DNA from: Ophelia neglecta
Lineage: Eukaryota
Length of the DNA: 64,000 nt
Assembly: GCA_965285935.1 (NCBI GenBank)
Contig: OZ260664.1
Location: 56,978,001 to 57,042,000 of the forward strand
Reading direction: 5' to 3'
In this document: one piece after another, positions 28,701 to 43,700 of the stretch
Layout of the letters: each line of letters starts with the position of its first letter
Numbering within the stretch: position 1 is the stretch's first letter
Position numbers and translations under genes: made by a program
The notes under the pieces: generated by a model
Database searches by the model: none
The model's input: the letters and a program-made list of their open reading frames with translations, nothing else
What the model was told of the DNA's origin: nothing

Positions 28701-31700
28701 TGAAATACTCCTATAGTTACAGACTGCACATAATAATTTCTCTTTTGAAGATGCATATGTCTGTGGGGCACAAAACATATATGATTTGTAAACTAATGGT
28801 AAACTTGGCTGGTGTTATAAATAGTATGTTCAGACACTTGGACCCACCTTGGCAGTTGATAAACATGTAGTCCCTTTATGTAATATATTTATCAGGTAGG
28901 TGAGGGCTGCAGGCTTATTGTATCTAGCCCAGACCAGTTACTGAGTCCTTCTTTTTAATGATTCTTGCCTAGATCATAGCATCTACATTATAGCATCTAC
29001 ATTTTTCTTTTCAATAATTGGGATGGGGATGAAAGGAATTTTTATGAAGGTAGGCAATGATTTGGTCGCAACTGGCAGTCAGGCTTAAATTACTAACTAA
29101 AGAAGGATATAAGTTCCTAGTTTTATCAACTGAGGTCAAATAAGATCCTTACTCTGATATATCATAGTGCCGTTGATTTAGTTTGAAATCGTAATTTGTG
29201 TTCCCATAGTATAAATTGTCAATAATTCTTTGCAGCTCTTGCTGTAAGTTGTTCCTTTAAATGAGCAAGTGCTACATAAAACACTGTTTTATGTGATCTG
29301 AACTGGAAAACCAAGAAATCCTTGTTACCATCAGACTATCAGTCTATATAGCCATGTTCCTTTTCACATAGACTAGTAGAAGGCCAAAAATATATGAAGT
29401 AGATCATGTTAATATAGAGTGTAAAATGTTGAAAGTGGCATCATTTGAATCTTGTGTCTTCAGCCTCATGTACCCAAAAAAATTAATACACAGTTTCCAT
29501 GGTAATTTGTGATGTAAACTATGACAAGGTGAATGGTGCTCCATCGCAGGGACCTGAATTTTTATTTAATTCCCCCAAACCCATAAAGGGGTATAGGGTA
29601 TAATACACAATGGTTCAACTGAATGAATAACAACACATTGAAGTAGAAATGGTAATTTTAAAACAGTCCACATTGCTAAATAAGTGCATACAATGAACTA
29701 CACTTATCATTGCCCTTCAACTTGGTAAAGTAACAATTTTGGATAAGTTTAAATTTTTGACCCTCCCCCCCCCCCCCACCACCACCCACCAGACCTGTTC
29801 CTAAGTTTTTGGAATGATATTTGGAAATTGTTGTTCATTAAAGCTGGTCCTGGATATACCATATTCCAGAGTTGCTAGTGTGTATCTGAAAAAATTCTAA
29901 GATAAATCTGATTAATACTAATTCCTTAAGCTCCAAACAACATATTTTTACACAAACACATTTTGTTTTTCGGATCCAGGTCATTAACTATCCAGAGCTG
30001 GATCTCAATATGTATCATGCACTGAAAAATTTGTAGGAATTTTGGTCAAGAACTTAAACTATTAAGGTGTTGAAGGCTCAGACACTGCCAATGTCATCAG
30101 CACAGCTAACACCACCACCACCAAAACCGCAGGACAAGCCAAGTGTGAGCTATCATAAGCCCCTGGTGACTACAGCACCAAGGGGACATAAATCATAACA
30201 TCAACCCTGTTGGTACCTTAAAAAAACCTGAAGAGCAGTCAAAATCCTTGGGAAAAACATGGAGAATTCATTTTAGTAGCACCAGCACACACATTGGGTA
30301 TATACATGGATTCATATAAAGCTGACCTAGAAGCAGAGGTACAGGTCAAAATTACAGTCAGTTGTAGAATCCATTCACATGATTTCCATAAGCAGTGAAA
30401 CCCGGCCTACTGGAATCCTGACAATTATACAGGACAATTTTGAATTACCAACAGAATATTTCATCCTAATTTAAAAATATAGGCTCGGGACTGTGAATTG
30501 TGTAGTTTCTCAGGCAGGTCATGGGAGTGCTTGATAGTCATTTGGTGCTAGGCACTACAGTGTATCCTATCCTACCAATTCTATATTTTAATTATCTATA
30601 TACCCTGGTGTTTTTTATTTTAATTATTTATTACATGTATATAAAACTCGTTATCAGATTTGATGGGTGTTTTATGTACTTACGATATAAGTAAAAAATA
30701 ACCTAAATAAACATTAAAACTAACTTTAATGTGGACTCCTGGGAATGTCAGAGACTTAAGAATTACAAATAGCAGATACATAGACCTATATTGTGCAAAA
30801 ACCAATGTCTGGTGGATTAGATTGTTGAACACACAGCCTGCCAACTTGGCTGTCTGCAAACTCTACTTTTTAAGAACTCTTCTTTTTAAGAGTGTTTATG
30901 ATGAACAGCCCTTCATTTATTGCCTCTTATCCCCGGAGGTGAGAGACATCAGAGGCACCTCAAATGTCAAAGTAGCAATCATTTGAATTATGTTCCCAAA
31001 TTATGAAAGGCTTGACTCAATTAGGCCTAATTAGTGCAAATAGCCAACCCAGCACATAAAATGGTTTGATTTAATTTTATTTGATTTATATAAAAATAAA
31101 AAACGAATAACCATTCCATAAAACTGGAATGAATAAAAACCACTCTTATGAAGATGAGTACCCAAATATTCTTATATATGTCTTAAATGAAATATGAAAC
31201 AAAGTTCAAAATAAAATATTGCAGTACCAAAATTACTAGAAACATGGAAAATAAAAACAGGGTATATATAAGAATGCATATGTAAACATTATACCTAGTT
31301 GTTCCCTTTTAATTTTACTGGTATGATTTACAATGAAAATGCTAATACAAGTATCGTCCCAACACATGAATTGACAGCAGCTTACAAGACGATAATAAAA
31401 TATCAACATTAACTGTATCATGCACATTGTACAGCAATTCTAATTTGAACCTGCCAATCTGAATGTAAGAAATAAAAACCAAGACTTACATGCATCAATG
31501 AATTCGTATGATGCCAGGAAACCCTTTTCAACGCTTTGAAGGTCAGAGTAAAATCCCACTATGAAGATATTTCCCATGGAGATGAGGAGATGGGGAAGCT
31601 CGTCTTTGTCCAGACCACAATACCGGCCGTGGAGGGGGCTATCAAGGAGGTCCTCATCAGGGTTCTTCAGCTGTGTGTAGACATCCACATAATCGTGAAT

Positions 31701-34700
31701 ACACCTGCTCAAATTAAAAAGGGTCCTTTAGTGAGATCACCTTCTTTTACAAGTTTACTTCGTTAAATAATTATTCAATCTTGTGTTATCAAATCACTTA
31801 TTTATTTTTTACTTCAATATTACAGCACATCATCTTCAACATAAAGCTGATATAAATGCAATACATCCATCTAAAAGTTCATTCCTGAGATTTTTCTCCT
31901 TTTCAAGTTTTAAGGTCAGAAATATTTCTTAAGTGACATTTAAAAAGAAGTTAAGGTCAAATTAGATGTCACGTTGACTTTCATCATTATGAATGTATTC
32001 CATTGTGTTAAAAGTCAAAACATTTAAGCTGCCTATTTAGTAATCTTAAGCCCCAGAAGGCATTGAATGAACAAATATTACTACTTCCTTTAGGTTGAAT
32101 AATATACTGAAGTCATCACATACTTATATAAATGCCCGAACAATCATACAACATTATATAAAATAAATATGAAATAAAAAATGAAACACACATTATAAAC
32201 TACTACATATTACGTATTTGATTTCAAGAAGAAGAGCTTGGTCAATTAAAAAAATAAAAGTCACCACTAGGCTTTTTGGGTAGGACTTCCTGTAAGTTTT
32301 CAATACATTTGGCAATGCCTGCCATGCTCCATAAAATTTAATACAAATTAAAATAAGAGCTGAAATCAAGCACTCCTTTGCCAAGGGGATGTTTTAACAC
32401 ACCAGTCATTGGCCTGAGAAGCCAGCAAAGTAGGTAAAACAAACGGAGTCATTTGAATAGAAATATGCACACCAGACCAATGTTATTATTATTTATTTTA
32501 ATTATGTACATACTGAAATTTTTGTTGAATAGTACAAAAGTCTGTACCCCAAAAGTTAAGATGATTTATGCTCTAATTAGAACATTTCAACATTGGTTTG
32601 GTACACATGTGGTGGCAGCACACATATGTTTCAGCTCAGCACCCTTCTCATTCCAGGCACATATACATATAAGCTCCCTTACTTGATTACAACTACCCGA
32701 AGCTCCTGACCTCTCTAACTGATGGCCCATTACTTAGTCATGGCTTATACACACTTTATAGTCCTCTCCCTGTTCTGTGACTCATCAGTCACTTGTTTGG
32801 GTATTATGAGTGTCTATTTTAAATTCAAGGTGAGACAAAGTGATGTTTTTTATTTCCTGTATATTATTGAAATGCTTAGAGACCACTTTCCAAGTACTAA
32901 AGGATGACACCTTGAGGATGACACCTTGAGGTCATAACGTTAATAGACAAGGCAATATGTCCCCACAGAAAGGACTTATTAATTAAGTCACCATTAAATG
33001 GAACCATGCACCATAGGAATGATGGGCATTGCCTGAGAAAAGCAACTACAGGTTGACTTGGGATGTGTGTTAATCAAGCCCACTGTGGCATGCTCAACAA
33101 ATTTTGTGACAAGGCTAAGCACAACACCTTCAGCTTGAAACTGACCTAAATCAAAGGAACCCTAAACTAATGTTCACATTGTGACCTTCTTTCTGAAACA
33201 ACCATCATGCCACTTCCTCTGCATGATTAGTTTCAGGTCTTGCTTGGCAAACACATTTCTAAACTATCTTGAAGAAAAAAATCAACAGAAATAAAAATAT
33301 AACAGAACTGAGCTTGAAATTTGTCAGGGGGACTTTGATCGTGTAGACCATTTTTTAGATACTAAATTCATGGGCAATGCAATATATTATATTATAGTCA
33401 TTTAATATTTAGTCAATGGTGATTCAGGTACCAACCTATCTAGTACTCTAGATGCAATGCCTACTGTTGAAAGGGCACAACTTGTATAAAACTCTTAATT
33501 TTTAATTCAGGGAAGTCATAGTGTGACCAAAATCTTGTCACCAGAATTGGGTAGAAATTGTTGAACATGCACATTCCAAGCCAATTGAGAAAGTAGTGGC
33601 TTGGTCATGTAGCAGAACACCTTCCTGCTAATCACAAAGCTTTCAACACCTGGTGTAGAATGATTTTTTTTTTAAATTAACATTTTAACACAATTATGGA
33701 TGAAGGGGTGAAAAAATACATGAAATGAATACATGAAAACAGGAAATTGAAACTCGTCATTTTCTGTCAACTTTTCCTGCAACTTACAAAGAAATAAGCA
33801 AAAAGAGAAAGTCGGCGATTGCCATTCTCCTGCTGCAGCATGGAGATCGAAACCACCAGTTGGAAAATCTGTGACAATTCCCCAAACAGGATTAGGATGA
33901 ATAAACCATGGTTTTCTGTGTGCATTGAAGATAAATAATCATCAAAGCCCTTAAATTGCTTAATTGTGTTCAACATATTCTAAATTCCTTTGGAAAGGGG
34001 CCATTAAACTTTAAAGCAACTTTTTGCAAATAGCACAATGATCGTGCTATTTGCATTTGCAAAAAGTTGCTTTTGCTAGATCTGATCAATCACATGAGAG
34101 CAAAGTGTGAAATGCCATCCCATAGCTGAATTGGCATTTAAATATCCTTATATACTGGGTGACACTAGGGTTCGCATCGATTACCCCCCCCCCCCCCCTC
34201 GTGAGTATGCGTTCAGCTGATACTTTATCACAGGACATCAAATAGGTCATAAATATTAGCTTACTAGTCTAGCCTCTTGACCTGTATTATGCACCATGGA
34301 TCTGGGCTCTGCCCTATCCTGTACCCATTTCATCCCCCATCCTGTACATGATTGTTCCCTTTAGCCTGCAAAAATTGTTTCCTAATCCTGGCGCATATTT
34401 TGACATATGTATATGCAGGTTCATATCAGTGAAGCAATAGATTGTGTGTGTGTATTTCAATATTCCCAGGCTTCAGCATGTAGGGAAATATCTTCATATT
34501 TCACACACAGTGAACCCTTCCAAAATGTCTAGGCCCAAATTGCATTGTACAGATTGCCTATTGTTCAGACTGGAAGGCCCTAGAAGATGGACCCATTTTA
34601 GTCATTTGTGCAGGCAGAACTGATCAAATAATAACAATTAAATAAAAATCAACTCAGCACATACATATGATAGCTGATGAAAATAAACTGCAGGAAATAG

Positions 34701-37700
34701 AAGAAAAATAATTAACTTGATGCTTTGGAATATCAATTAGGAATAGCCCCTTGAGGAACACCACCGTAAAGTGGGTCAGGAGGAGTTAAGAGGACATGTA
34801 ATGATCCCTAAAAAGAAGACCCACAGCCTCCTAACTCCTGCTGTTCCAGTTAATTAAGCTTGCACCCATGTGGTAACCACACATAAATCAGATGGCATTC
34901 CACTTACATCCAGATTATCCAGAAGTTTTATAGGAACTGTTACCCCCATGTTATCATGAAAGCAGTAAAGTCAGCCCCGCTGGCCGCTTTGGTGTTTCCA
35001 GCCTGTACTTTACATACATGACTATAGCAGGTCCTTTAAATATACTGTGCCTGTCTTACAACATTTGGCTGTTTTTGGATTTGTTACCATCAGATTCTCA
35101 GCATCAAAATCCCCAAAGGCCTTGTGCATCCATCCTAAAACCAGTTGCTGGCACATCCATGTCCGGTTTGGCCTGAACAAATTTACTTTGACTCGTGATC
35201 TAACATGACACCTTACTGTAGAATACAATTTTAACTCCTGGTACAACAAATGTAGGGTAATCTCCTTGATTTTTTATGCACTAACCAAAAAAAAAACGAA
35301 TTGAAAAAAATATCAATCCATCTGTACACTAAAAGGTTGTATGCTCATCCCAATGTTACGATGTTCCATATTCTGGTCTAAAGCAGTTATGATCATTTGG
35401 GGATGGACCCTCTTCTGTAAAAAGTCTACATTTTGCAAGATTTAAACAATTAGTCATAAACAGACCATTTGGTTGGACTTGGATTTTAAAAGTGAATTGT
35501 AGAGACATTTGGAGAGAAAAGAATGTGTCTGGTGCCTGGGAGACTCAAGACAACACTTGTGCAAGGTATTCTAGATTGGGCTCAAACATTGGAACTGAAT
35601 ACATTACAGAATTTATTCAGTGATGTGTCGCTAAAGGAAGTTCTGATTTTTACATGGCTGCCATGCTGGTAGAATTAAGTGACATAGTATATGGCCAAAT
35701 TAAAAACCATTTAATTTTGAAATGCATTTGCCCTAAGAAGTAAGTACAGGTTATACAAGGACATTTTGTTAAATTATTGGTGTTCAATAGAAAGTCAAGC
35801 AAGTGCAGGGAAAATTGACACAACAGCATGCAACATTTGTGTTTCATGCAATGCCTCAACATAGCACAATCTAAATTGGTAAATGAATTATTCAAATAAA
35901 GGCCAGTGAATGCCAGGGAGAAAAAAAATAATTTTACCCTGTTGTAATTTATGACAATTGATATACAGCCATGAGCAACATTTCAGATTAATTTCTTTCA
36001 AAGTGTTCTAAAGGGACAAATTTCCTCAGAAATACATTTTTTTCTCCAACTTTGGGCAATAGCAAAAGTTTTGACCATTGGCACCAACATTAACACTAAA
36101 AATATCTCTCAGCCAAAACTGTTTTTGAGCTCATATTTAGAAACTTATAACTCTAGAAAAAAAGATTTTTTTTTTATGATTTACTGATAGTGGAAGGAAG
36201 AAATGTTTAAATGTCTGGACATGAGACAATAGATAATTCTGTTACTCATGTATTAGTGGTGTCTTAAAAAAATCACTTACTTGCCCTAACCAAGCTATTG
36301 AATGAAAAAAAAAACCCATCAATTTAATCAAATCTGAATTTGTTAATTTTCAGTAACTAGTATTAGATGGTTTCTCATCTAAATTGTAGTTGTGAATTTG
36401 CTGATTCTTTGCACAAAAATAAAACTTTTTTGTTAATAACTTTAAGCATAATGCAATAAATCCTTCATTAATCCTACTTATCTCACGTTTAGGTAGTTAT
36501 GTATCATCACATGCATTTAAAAAATTTCATGATGGGTAATTTACTTGCAATAATGTCCCAGTAATAATCTTGCCCGTTACTACATGTGCCAAAAGATTAT
36601 ATGTGATATGATCGGTCAATTGTGTACAGCCAATAAAGAAGTTGGCACCAATTGACAACACTTTCATGTATGCTCTAAAGCCACTGTATGTAATGGGGAA
36701 AAAATTGACCTTTTTATCCTTTTCATGTTCATGGCCTATCTCAATGGGGCATCTGGCAGTATTCTGACTAAAGCCAGAGTCACAGCTGAGAGTCATCAGC
36801 ATGACTACATGTTTGGTACAGAGCTATCAAAGTATGGTAAAGCCCTGACCAGTCAGGATAAACTGGACTAAATATCCACGTTCACAAAATACAATACGAT
36901 GACATTCACAGTCCTAAGTAAATGCAGCATTCTGTGTTTACTATGTGATATGATAGTCAATTACTGCCTAAACACCTTCTGTGAATTAAGAAAATGCACC
37001 ATTTATGGATATATCAGCAGTTTTATCTCCGGCTAAACATTCATTTATTGGGTAATAATCTGTAAGACAGTAGCGTAAATCTATGATGATCACAATGTTT
37101 TGTTCCAGTGTCTTGTGGGTTACCAAGCTTTGAATCTGTACAGGAAGACACCACCAGACACAGACAAAGGCTTGCTCCCAGGTCATTTATCATGTCCTAT
37201 TTTAACTCAGATTCACGGCTCTGATTTGGTGTTTCCATGAACTAGGAAAAACTACACTAATGTGGCAAAAATAACAGTATATAACACTTCCTACTTTGTC
37301 AAAGTGCAAAGATCTAAATTAACCATAAAATCATAGACAATGACACATTGGCTAAGTTTTAATGACCAATTCTGGAAATTGGCCATGAAAGCTGTCGCCA
37401 AAATGATTGTGGCTCATCCATCAAAGTGTACTTTCCTGCAATGGCCCTGTAAGGAAAATTCACAATTAAAACTCTTTGTAAATTGGATGGGAAATGGGGC
37501 ACCTAGGCACATTCATTTCAACTTCATCAATAACATGCTTATAGAATATGCATAGGCCCATGTTCAATTAACAAAACATAAAGCTAGAACAGGCATTTCA
37601 GTACACCGCAAATTGCAGAGACAACACATTCATACATAACAAAAGTAACCTCAGAATTAACAAATATTAGTGTAAGGGAAATACTGTGCCAAGACCAATA

Positions 37701-40700
37701 TGAAAGAGATTTTACACTGTTTACAGAGAATGCATCTGCACCAAAGACATTAATCGTAGTCTGTTTCAATATTTTTGTCATTCATGTACTCTGCTGCAAA
37801 AAAACAAATTCCTCATTTCAGTCAGAATAAAAATATGATAAGGACAACTATTCATAATCTGCCACATGAACTTGGACAGCTATATTCATACCAGAATACC
37901 AATTTAAAGTAGCATCTGCTCATGGATTTACTTTCAAAGGGACACGAAGAAGGCACAACTTCGTTTGTGAGGAATGGTCTAAAACAAAGGCCTGAGTGCA
38001 TCCTGTGTAAGTTACCAGGAGCTAACTAGCTAGTGTATGGACACACAAATGTCTTTTTCCTATAGCCTCCTCACAGCCTTTTAGGATGCTAGGTTAGACT
38101 TTCAGGATGCTAGGGTAGCCTTTCAGAAAGCTAGATGACAATAAGCAATCGATGGCTAACTATGCCAGACACGCTAAGAACTTTGGGCTTTAATTACAGT
38201 GATCTTTCAGACCCATTATCACTAAGTGTCTGAAACATCCACATTGAATAGCAAATTTCTGTTCTCTGTTACTCAATTGCTTCTCTGGTGCCTAATTCTG
38301 ACTGGATGCCCTAAGACTTATATTACAAATTCTGCAACAGTGTCCCCAAGGAATGGCCTATATGCAGTCAACACACAAGTGTGTCTGGGTTCACATTCTT
38401 ACGGAGCGTTTAAACAATTTCATGGATTAACATGTTATTGTTTAGTGCCCCAGTCTTGATATTGTTAGAGTTTTATGCATTTGGTAGAAAAGTTAAAGAC
38501 AGACAATTAATAGAAATTTTGACATGAGTACAGCCCAGATGTGGGTAAATGGTCACAATATTTAACAGTATTTTTAATGGATGGCAAGCAATGATATAAA
38601 GCACTGTATTGGGTGTTTTAATAATTCAATGAAGAGGAAGGTGCTTTAATCAAAATATTTTAGTAGAGACCTTATTCTTTCAACATATCCTTGAAAATTT
38701 AATGTTTGTCAATAAAATATAAATGTGGTGGCAACCTGATACTATGATGACATGCAACTCCACTTCAGCCTTTTTTTCTCCACCGAAAAAGGATCAATTA
38801 GTTGTCAACTTAATCTGTTTGCCAATAGAACTTACCACTTTTTCTATTCTGGCTGCAGGAACACACAAATCTAGGCTGAGACTTGCTTGCTAGAGAAATG
38901 CTCACTAACGGCCACATTGTATCAACCCAGCAGGAAAAGTAAGGCAGTGAAAGTTGATAGGCAAGTTATCCATCATGCTTATTGGCAGGGCAAGCTCAAC
39001 CTGATATTGCTTAGAATTGCTATTAGCATCTGATATAATCCTGTTACCATAGTAACCAGGTCTTGGGGGAATTTCTTTTAAAAATTAGGGCAAACTTTAT
39101 AAAGGAAAAGAGACCCAGAGGGTTTTTTTTGTAGGTACTATTGGGACTCATCAATTGGATGAGCATTGAGTCAAATAATGCTTATGTTCATGCTTACACT
39201 CTGTTCATGGATATAGAGAACAAAAAAGATCAAGGTCAGGGTAAAACAGACAAAACAACCCATTTTCCCTGTACTGGATGGGAATAAAGGTATGAACAGA
39301 ATTACATATGCAGGCTTCCAAGCCTCGTTACTACAAAGCATAGTCGATCATGTTCATTGACTGAGTCTAAGGAAATATCAATTACAGACACTATTCAACT
39401 TCCCTGGCAGAATTAATGGAAAGTAAATGTGGGCTTATCATTTGTACATAATGCTGTAAGGCATAAGCTATTTCAGGGCCAATATTACCCTTTTTATGGC
39501 AAATAAGCAGGGCTAAAAGCCACAATTAAGGGGTTTTCTAGAAGGCTTCTATCTTTTGATAATCTAGCCCCAGCTTAAAGTGATGATTGTGTCAGGCCCC
39601 TCAGCTGCATCACTTGTGCATACAAATTAGAGATGTTAAGCAGGAATTTGACAGAAACCTAGCAGAGGCACATTTCATCACTCACAGGCACACTCAGTCC
39701 ATACAGGCCCAAGTATTGTCAGTATGTTGATTTCTTATTTTTGCAAAGCACTCTCATATCAATTCATGCTGGTGTCATCTGTGTATTTCCAATGCTTATG
39801 GTTTGAAGGAAAATTTTCATGGCTTGGATTGACCTCTGCTCAGTCTCTCTTAAATATTCAACAACAGGATTCTCTACCCGAGTACAGTACGTACTAAAAA
39901 GACCCAGCCTATCTTGATATTACAGTCAGCCTCTGTTCACACATACAAAGGAAGTATTGCCGTTGTAGATCAGACACTTTATCCAATTTCTGTAACACTA
40001 GAAATTTTCAGGGAGATGGACAACTTTAAATTCTTCGCCTTGTTATTTTTGTGATTTTTATTATTAAAAATTATTGCCCTGTTTGTCTTTTCCTATTTGA
40101 CCAAAAAACAAAATCCATAAACTAAGAAAATCTTTTTTTATTGTTCTGCATTTCACTTAGAAGAAGTTATAATTTGCCATGTCAAATTTGACAGTGCAAT
40201 CAGAATATCAATGAATTATCTCCTATTTCGTCTCAATACCGTTTGAAATCCTGTTTTCTAAAATAAAAATTTTGTATCAATTAGGACTGAAATATTGCAG
40301 TTTTGAGACAGTGCAGACAGATCATGAAGAGACAGGGCAGACAAGGCTGACAGTTCATGACAAAACAGGGCTGACAGTTCATGAAGAGACAGGGTAGACA
40401 GTTCATGAATAGGCAGGGCAGACAGTTAATTAAGAGAAAAGGCAGACAAGGCTGACAGTTCATGAAGAGACAGGGCTGACAGTTCATGAAGAGACATAGT
40501 AGACAGTTCATGAAGAGGCAGGGTAGACAAGGCTGACAGTTCATGAAGAAACAGGGCTGACAGTTCATGATGAAACAGGGTAGACAGTTTATGAAGAGGC
40601 AGGGCATACACTTCATAAATAGGCAGGGCAGACAGTTCCTGCAGGGACAGGGCAGATAGTTCATTGAAGAGACAGGGCAAACAGTTCATGAAGAGGCAGG

Positions 40701-43700
40701 GAAAACAGTTCATGAAGAGACAGGGTAGACAGTTCATGAACAGGCAGGGCAGACAGTTCATGAAGAGACAGGGCAGACCAGGCTGACAGTTCATGAAGAA
40801 ACAGGGCTGACAGTTCATGAAGAGACAGGATAGACAGTTCATGAAGAAACAGGACAGACAGTTCATGAAGAGGCAGGGCATACAAGGCTGACAGTTCATG
40901 AAGAAACAGGGCTGACAGTTCATGAAGAAACAGGGTAGACAGTTCATGAAGAGGCAGAGCATACACTTCATACAAAGGCAGGGCAGACAGTTCATGAAGG
41001 GACAGGGCAGATAGTTCATGGAAGAGACAGGGCAAACAGTTCATGAAGGGACAGGGCAGACAATTCATAGAGAAACAGAGCAGACAGTTCATGAAGGGAC
41101 AAGGCATACAGTTCATAAAGGGGCAGGGCAGACAGTTCATGAAGAGATAGGGAAGACAATTCATGAAGAAACAGAGCACACAGTTCATGAAGGGACAGGG
41201 AAAGCAAATCAAGAAACATGTTGGATAGCCCATGGAGAGACAAGGTACACAGTTCTTTAAAAAAGAGCGGACAGCTTATGAAGAGACAGCAGGGTCTGTC
41301 ATAAGTGACTTTCTGACTGCCTTGAGCAAGTAAAAGTGAAAGCTGGGCAATTGAATTTCAGCTTCATTTACATGTGTCATTTGTCAATAATGCTTTGATA
41401 TTAAATTTCAGGCAAATAGTTTATAATACTTATGTCAGGCCCTTGCCCACAATGTTTGAGAACTATATTTTTCCATTAAGTGAACATTTCCAGAATCATA
41501 TTTTGGTTTTTTAGGAAGACATCCACTGTACAGGCTTCTTAATGTCACTTGTAAATTTGTATTTGGGTTAACAAACATCATCCCCCTAGAGCTTTGTATG
41601 GTTAACATCTGTGCAGGTAAAGCCACATATTCCTGTTTAAGAGTCCAATTGTAGTATGAGAAGGTACATGCTGCTGTCACTTGAGCTATCAGTCACTGCA
41701 TGACTGGGTGATAGCTTTCCCCAAATTAAAAAAAAATTACTTTGCAAGAATGATACTTAAAAACAACCCTAATACCAGGTTTATTAGTATTTTCAATTTT
41801 AGAGTACACTTTGACAAACCACAACTGGCTTCATTAAAAACAAAATAAAAATAGGTCTACTGTTACTATCAATTTTAGTGTACCCTCTGAAGCACAAAGC
41901 ATTGTTTGCCCTTTTAGACAATGGCTGCATGATTGTTGGTGGCATGCAACTTAACTAAATTATTTCCAGTATGGTCCCATAGGATATAGGGAGAGCAGGG
42001 ATATCTCTAGCCACTTGCCAGCATTGATGGCAGATTGATCTGTACTGAACTGTCTTCACGATGCTGCACTTCATTCATGGTATAATACTAATTCTATATC
42101 CAAAAGTTAATTTAGAAGAAAAAATAAAAGCAGACTTTATAGTTAATTTCCGTTGGCATTTAACCATCCAACCCATTTAAACAGAGAGTAAACTCTTAAT
42201 TACAGCTTTTCATTATTTCCCATACTAATCTAGTGATTATTATGAAAATATATTCTAAAACAAAAAATGCTACTAAAGCTGACTTGCCATTACAGCAAGT
42301 TAGAACAAACACTATCTCATCAATTTTTAAAATGTGTCACCATTGGTGATTTGGAGAGTGGAGGATGCTGCACGTCCAGTGTGGATAAAGCAACATGCCC
42401 CAATGCCATTGGCATAAATTACTGAGGAAAAAATAAAGACAAATGAATGTGTTTATTTGTTGAACATTTCATGCTTCCATTGCATGCAACTATGGATGGT
42501 AGATAACACAAGTGAAATAGTCTGGTTATTTCAAGGCAAGTATCTTTTCCTAATCCATTTTTAGTAGTTTTTAGTAAAACTTGCAGCTTCCTGCAGTGAA
42601 AAACAGATGTTTCCACTGATAAATTTTCTGTTCCTCAACTTTGACCTCCATGTTTATTTTGGTTGTATAACAGGGGCCGAACTCTTGCAAGTCAACGATT
42701 TACAGACCAGTAAAATCAGACGGAAATGAAATTTATGCATGTGCACATCCTCACTTTGAGTGCAACTCTGGTAACAAGAGTGACTGGATTAGGTTCGCCT
42801 AAAGTAGGCCATGTCATGTGGGTCAATTGTGGCATCTGATTGGCCGATAGGTAAGCTAGATGTATTCCATCACAGAATTTTAAAACTGCTGATAAAAGCA
42901 AGTATAAAAGGAGTAAATTCAACAAATGAAAAAGATGAAATCTTGAATTTTTTTCCTAATCTTTGTGGTCATGGCCACATAATTTCCATTCTAAAACTCT
43001 CCAAATTCTACTTTTAAACATTTGCCTATTTTTTCATTATGTCATAACATAAGGCGATATTAGTAGTAAATATTGATTTTAAGTGCAATACATTTACAAG
43101 CAAGATAATATTCTGCTAACTTAATTTATTCACATCAGTCTTTATTTTAAGAGACACTAGTTAGAAAGCTCATCACCTGAGCTGACCATGTATACTTGAT
43201 AAGCATTGATTGATAAGAGTTTTATTGATCTGGAGGTCTGCATCTTGTACCAAAGCTTCTAGCTCAAAGTATTCTGCTACTTTTGTTTTCTGTTTTCTAG
43301 GTTGCAGAACATTTCTTATATCTTCACACTCTGCAAGTGTAGGATAAAATACAAACAACAAATTGGCATATGGTGGTAATCAAAACAGTATGGGGTCATA
43401 AACTTATAATTAGCTTCCACTGATTTGGGAAACATGGCATAGCAAGACTACACATAATTGCCCAGTAACTTAATTATTTCAACATATGAGGTACTTTAAA
43501 GAGGGTCAGTTTTTATAGGTGATAAACCTCTTTTCCACAAAAAGCTGGCATTTTAAGGCTGATTGGGCCTTAGACTTTCTGGAATCTACTTGTTGACAAA
43601 CTTTCACAGTAGCAGAATTTCTGGTCAGCATACAACCAGTCTGATGTGGCTCTTGCACGCAATATCATTGGCAAAGCGCATTTGTAAAGTTAAACACATA

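Noticed and set aside
40281-41260. Longest ORFs in the window (127-197 aa; Cys-rich, HELSAL or TVHE repeats) as a metallothionein- or keratin-associated-like gene
   Set aside because: They are by-products of a 24-bp unit lacking stops in several frames on both strands. The same peptide jumps frames at indels, and I found no supporting splice or promoter context.
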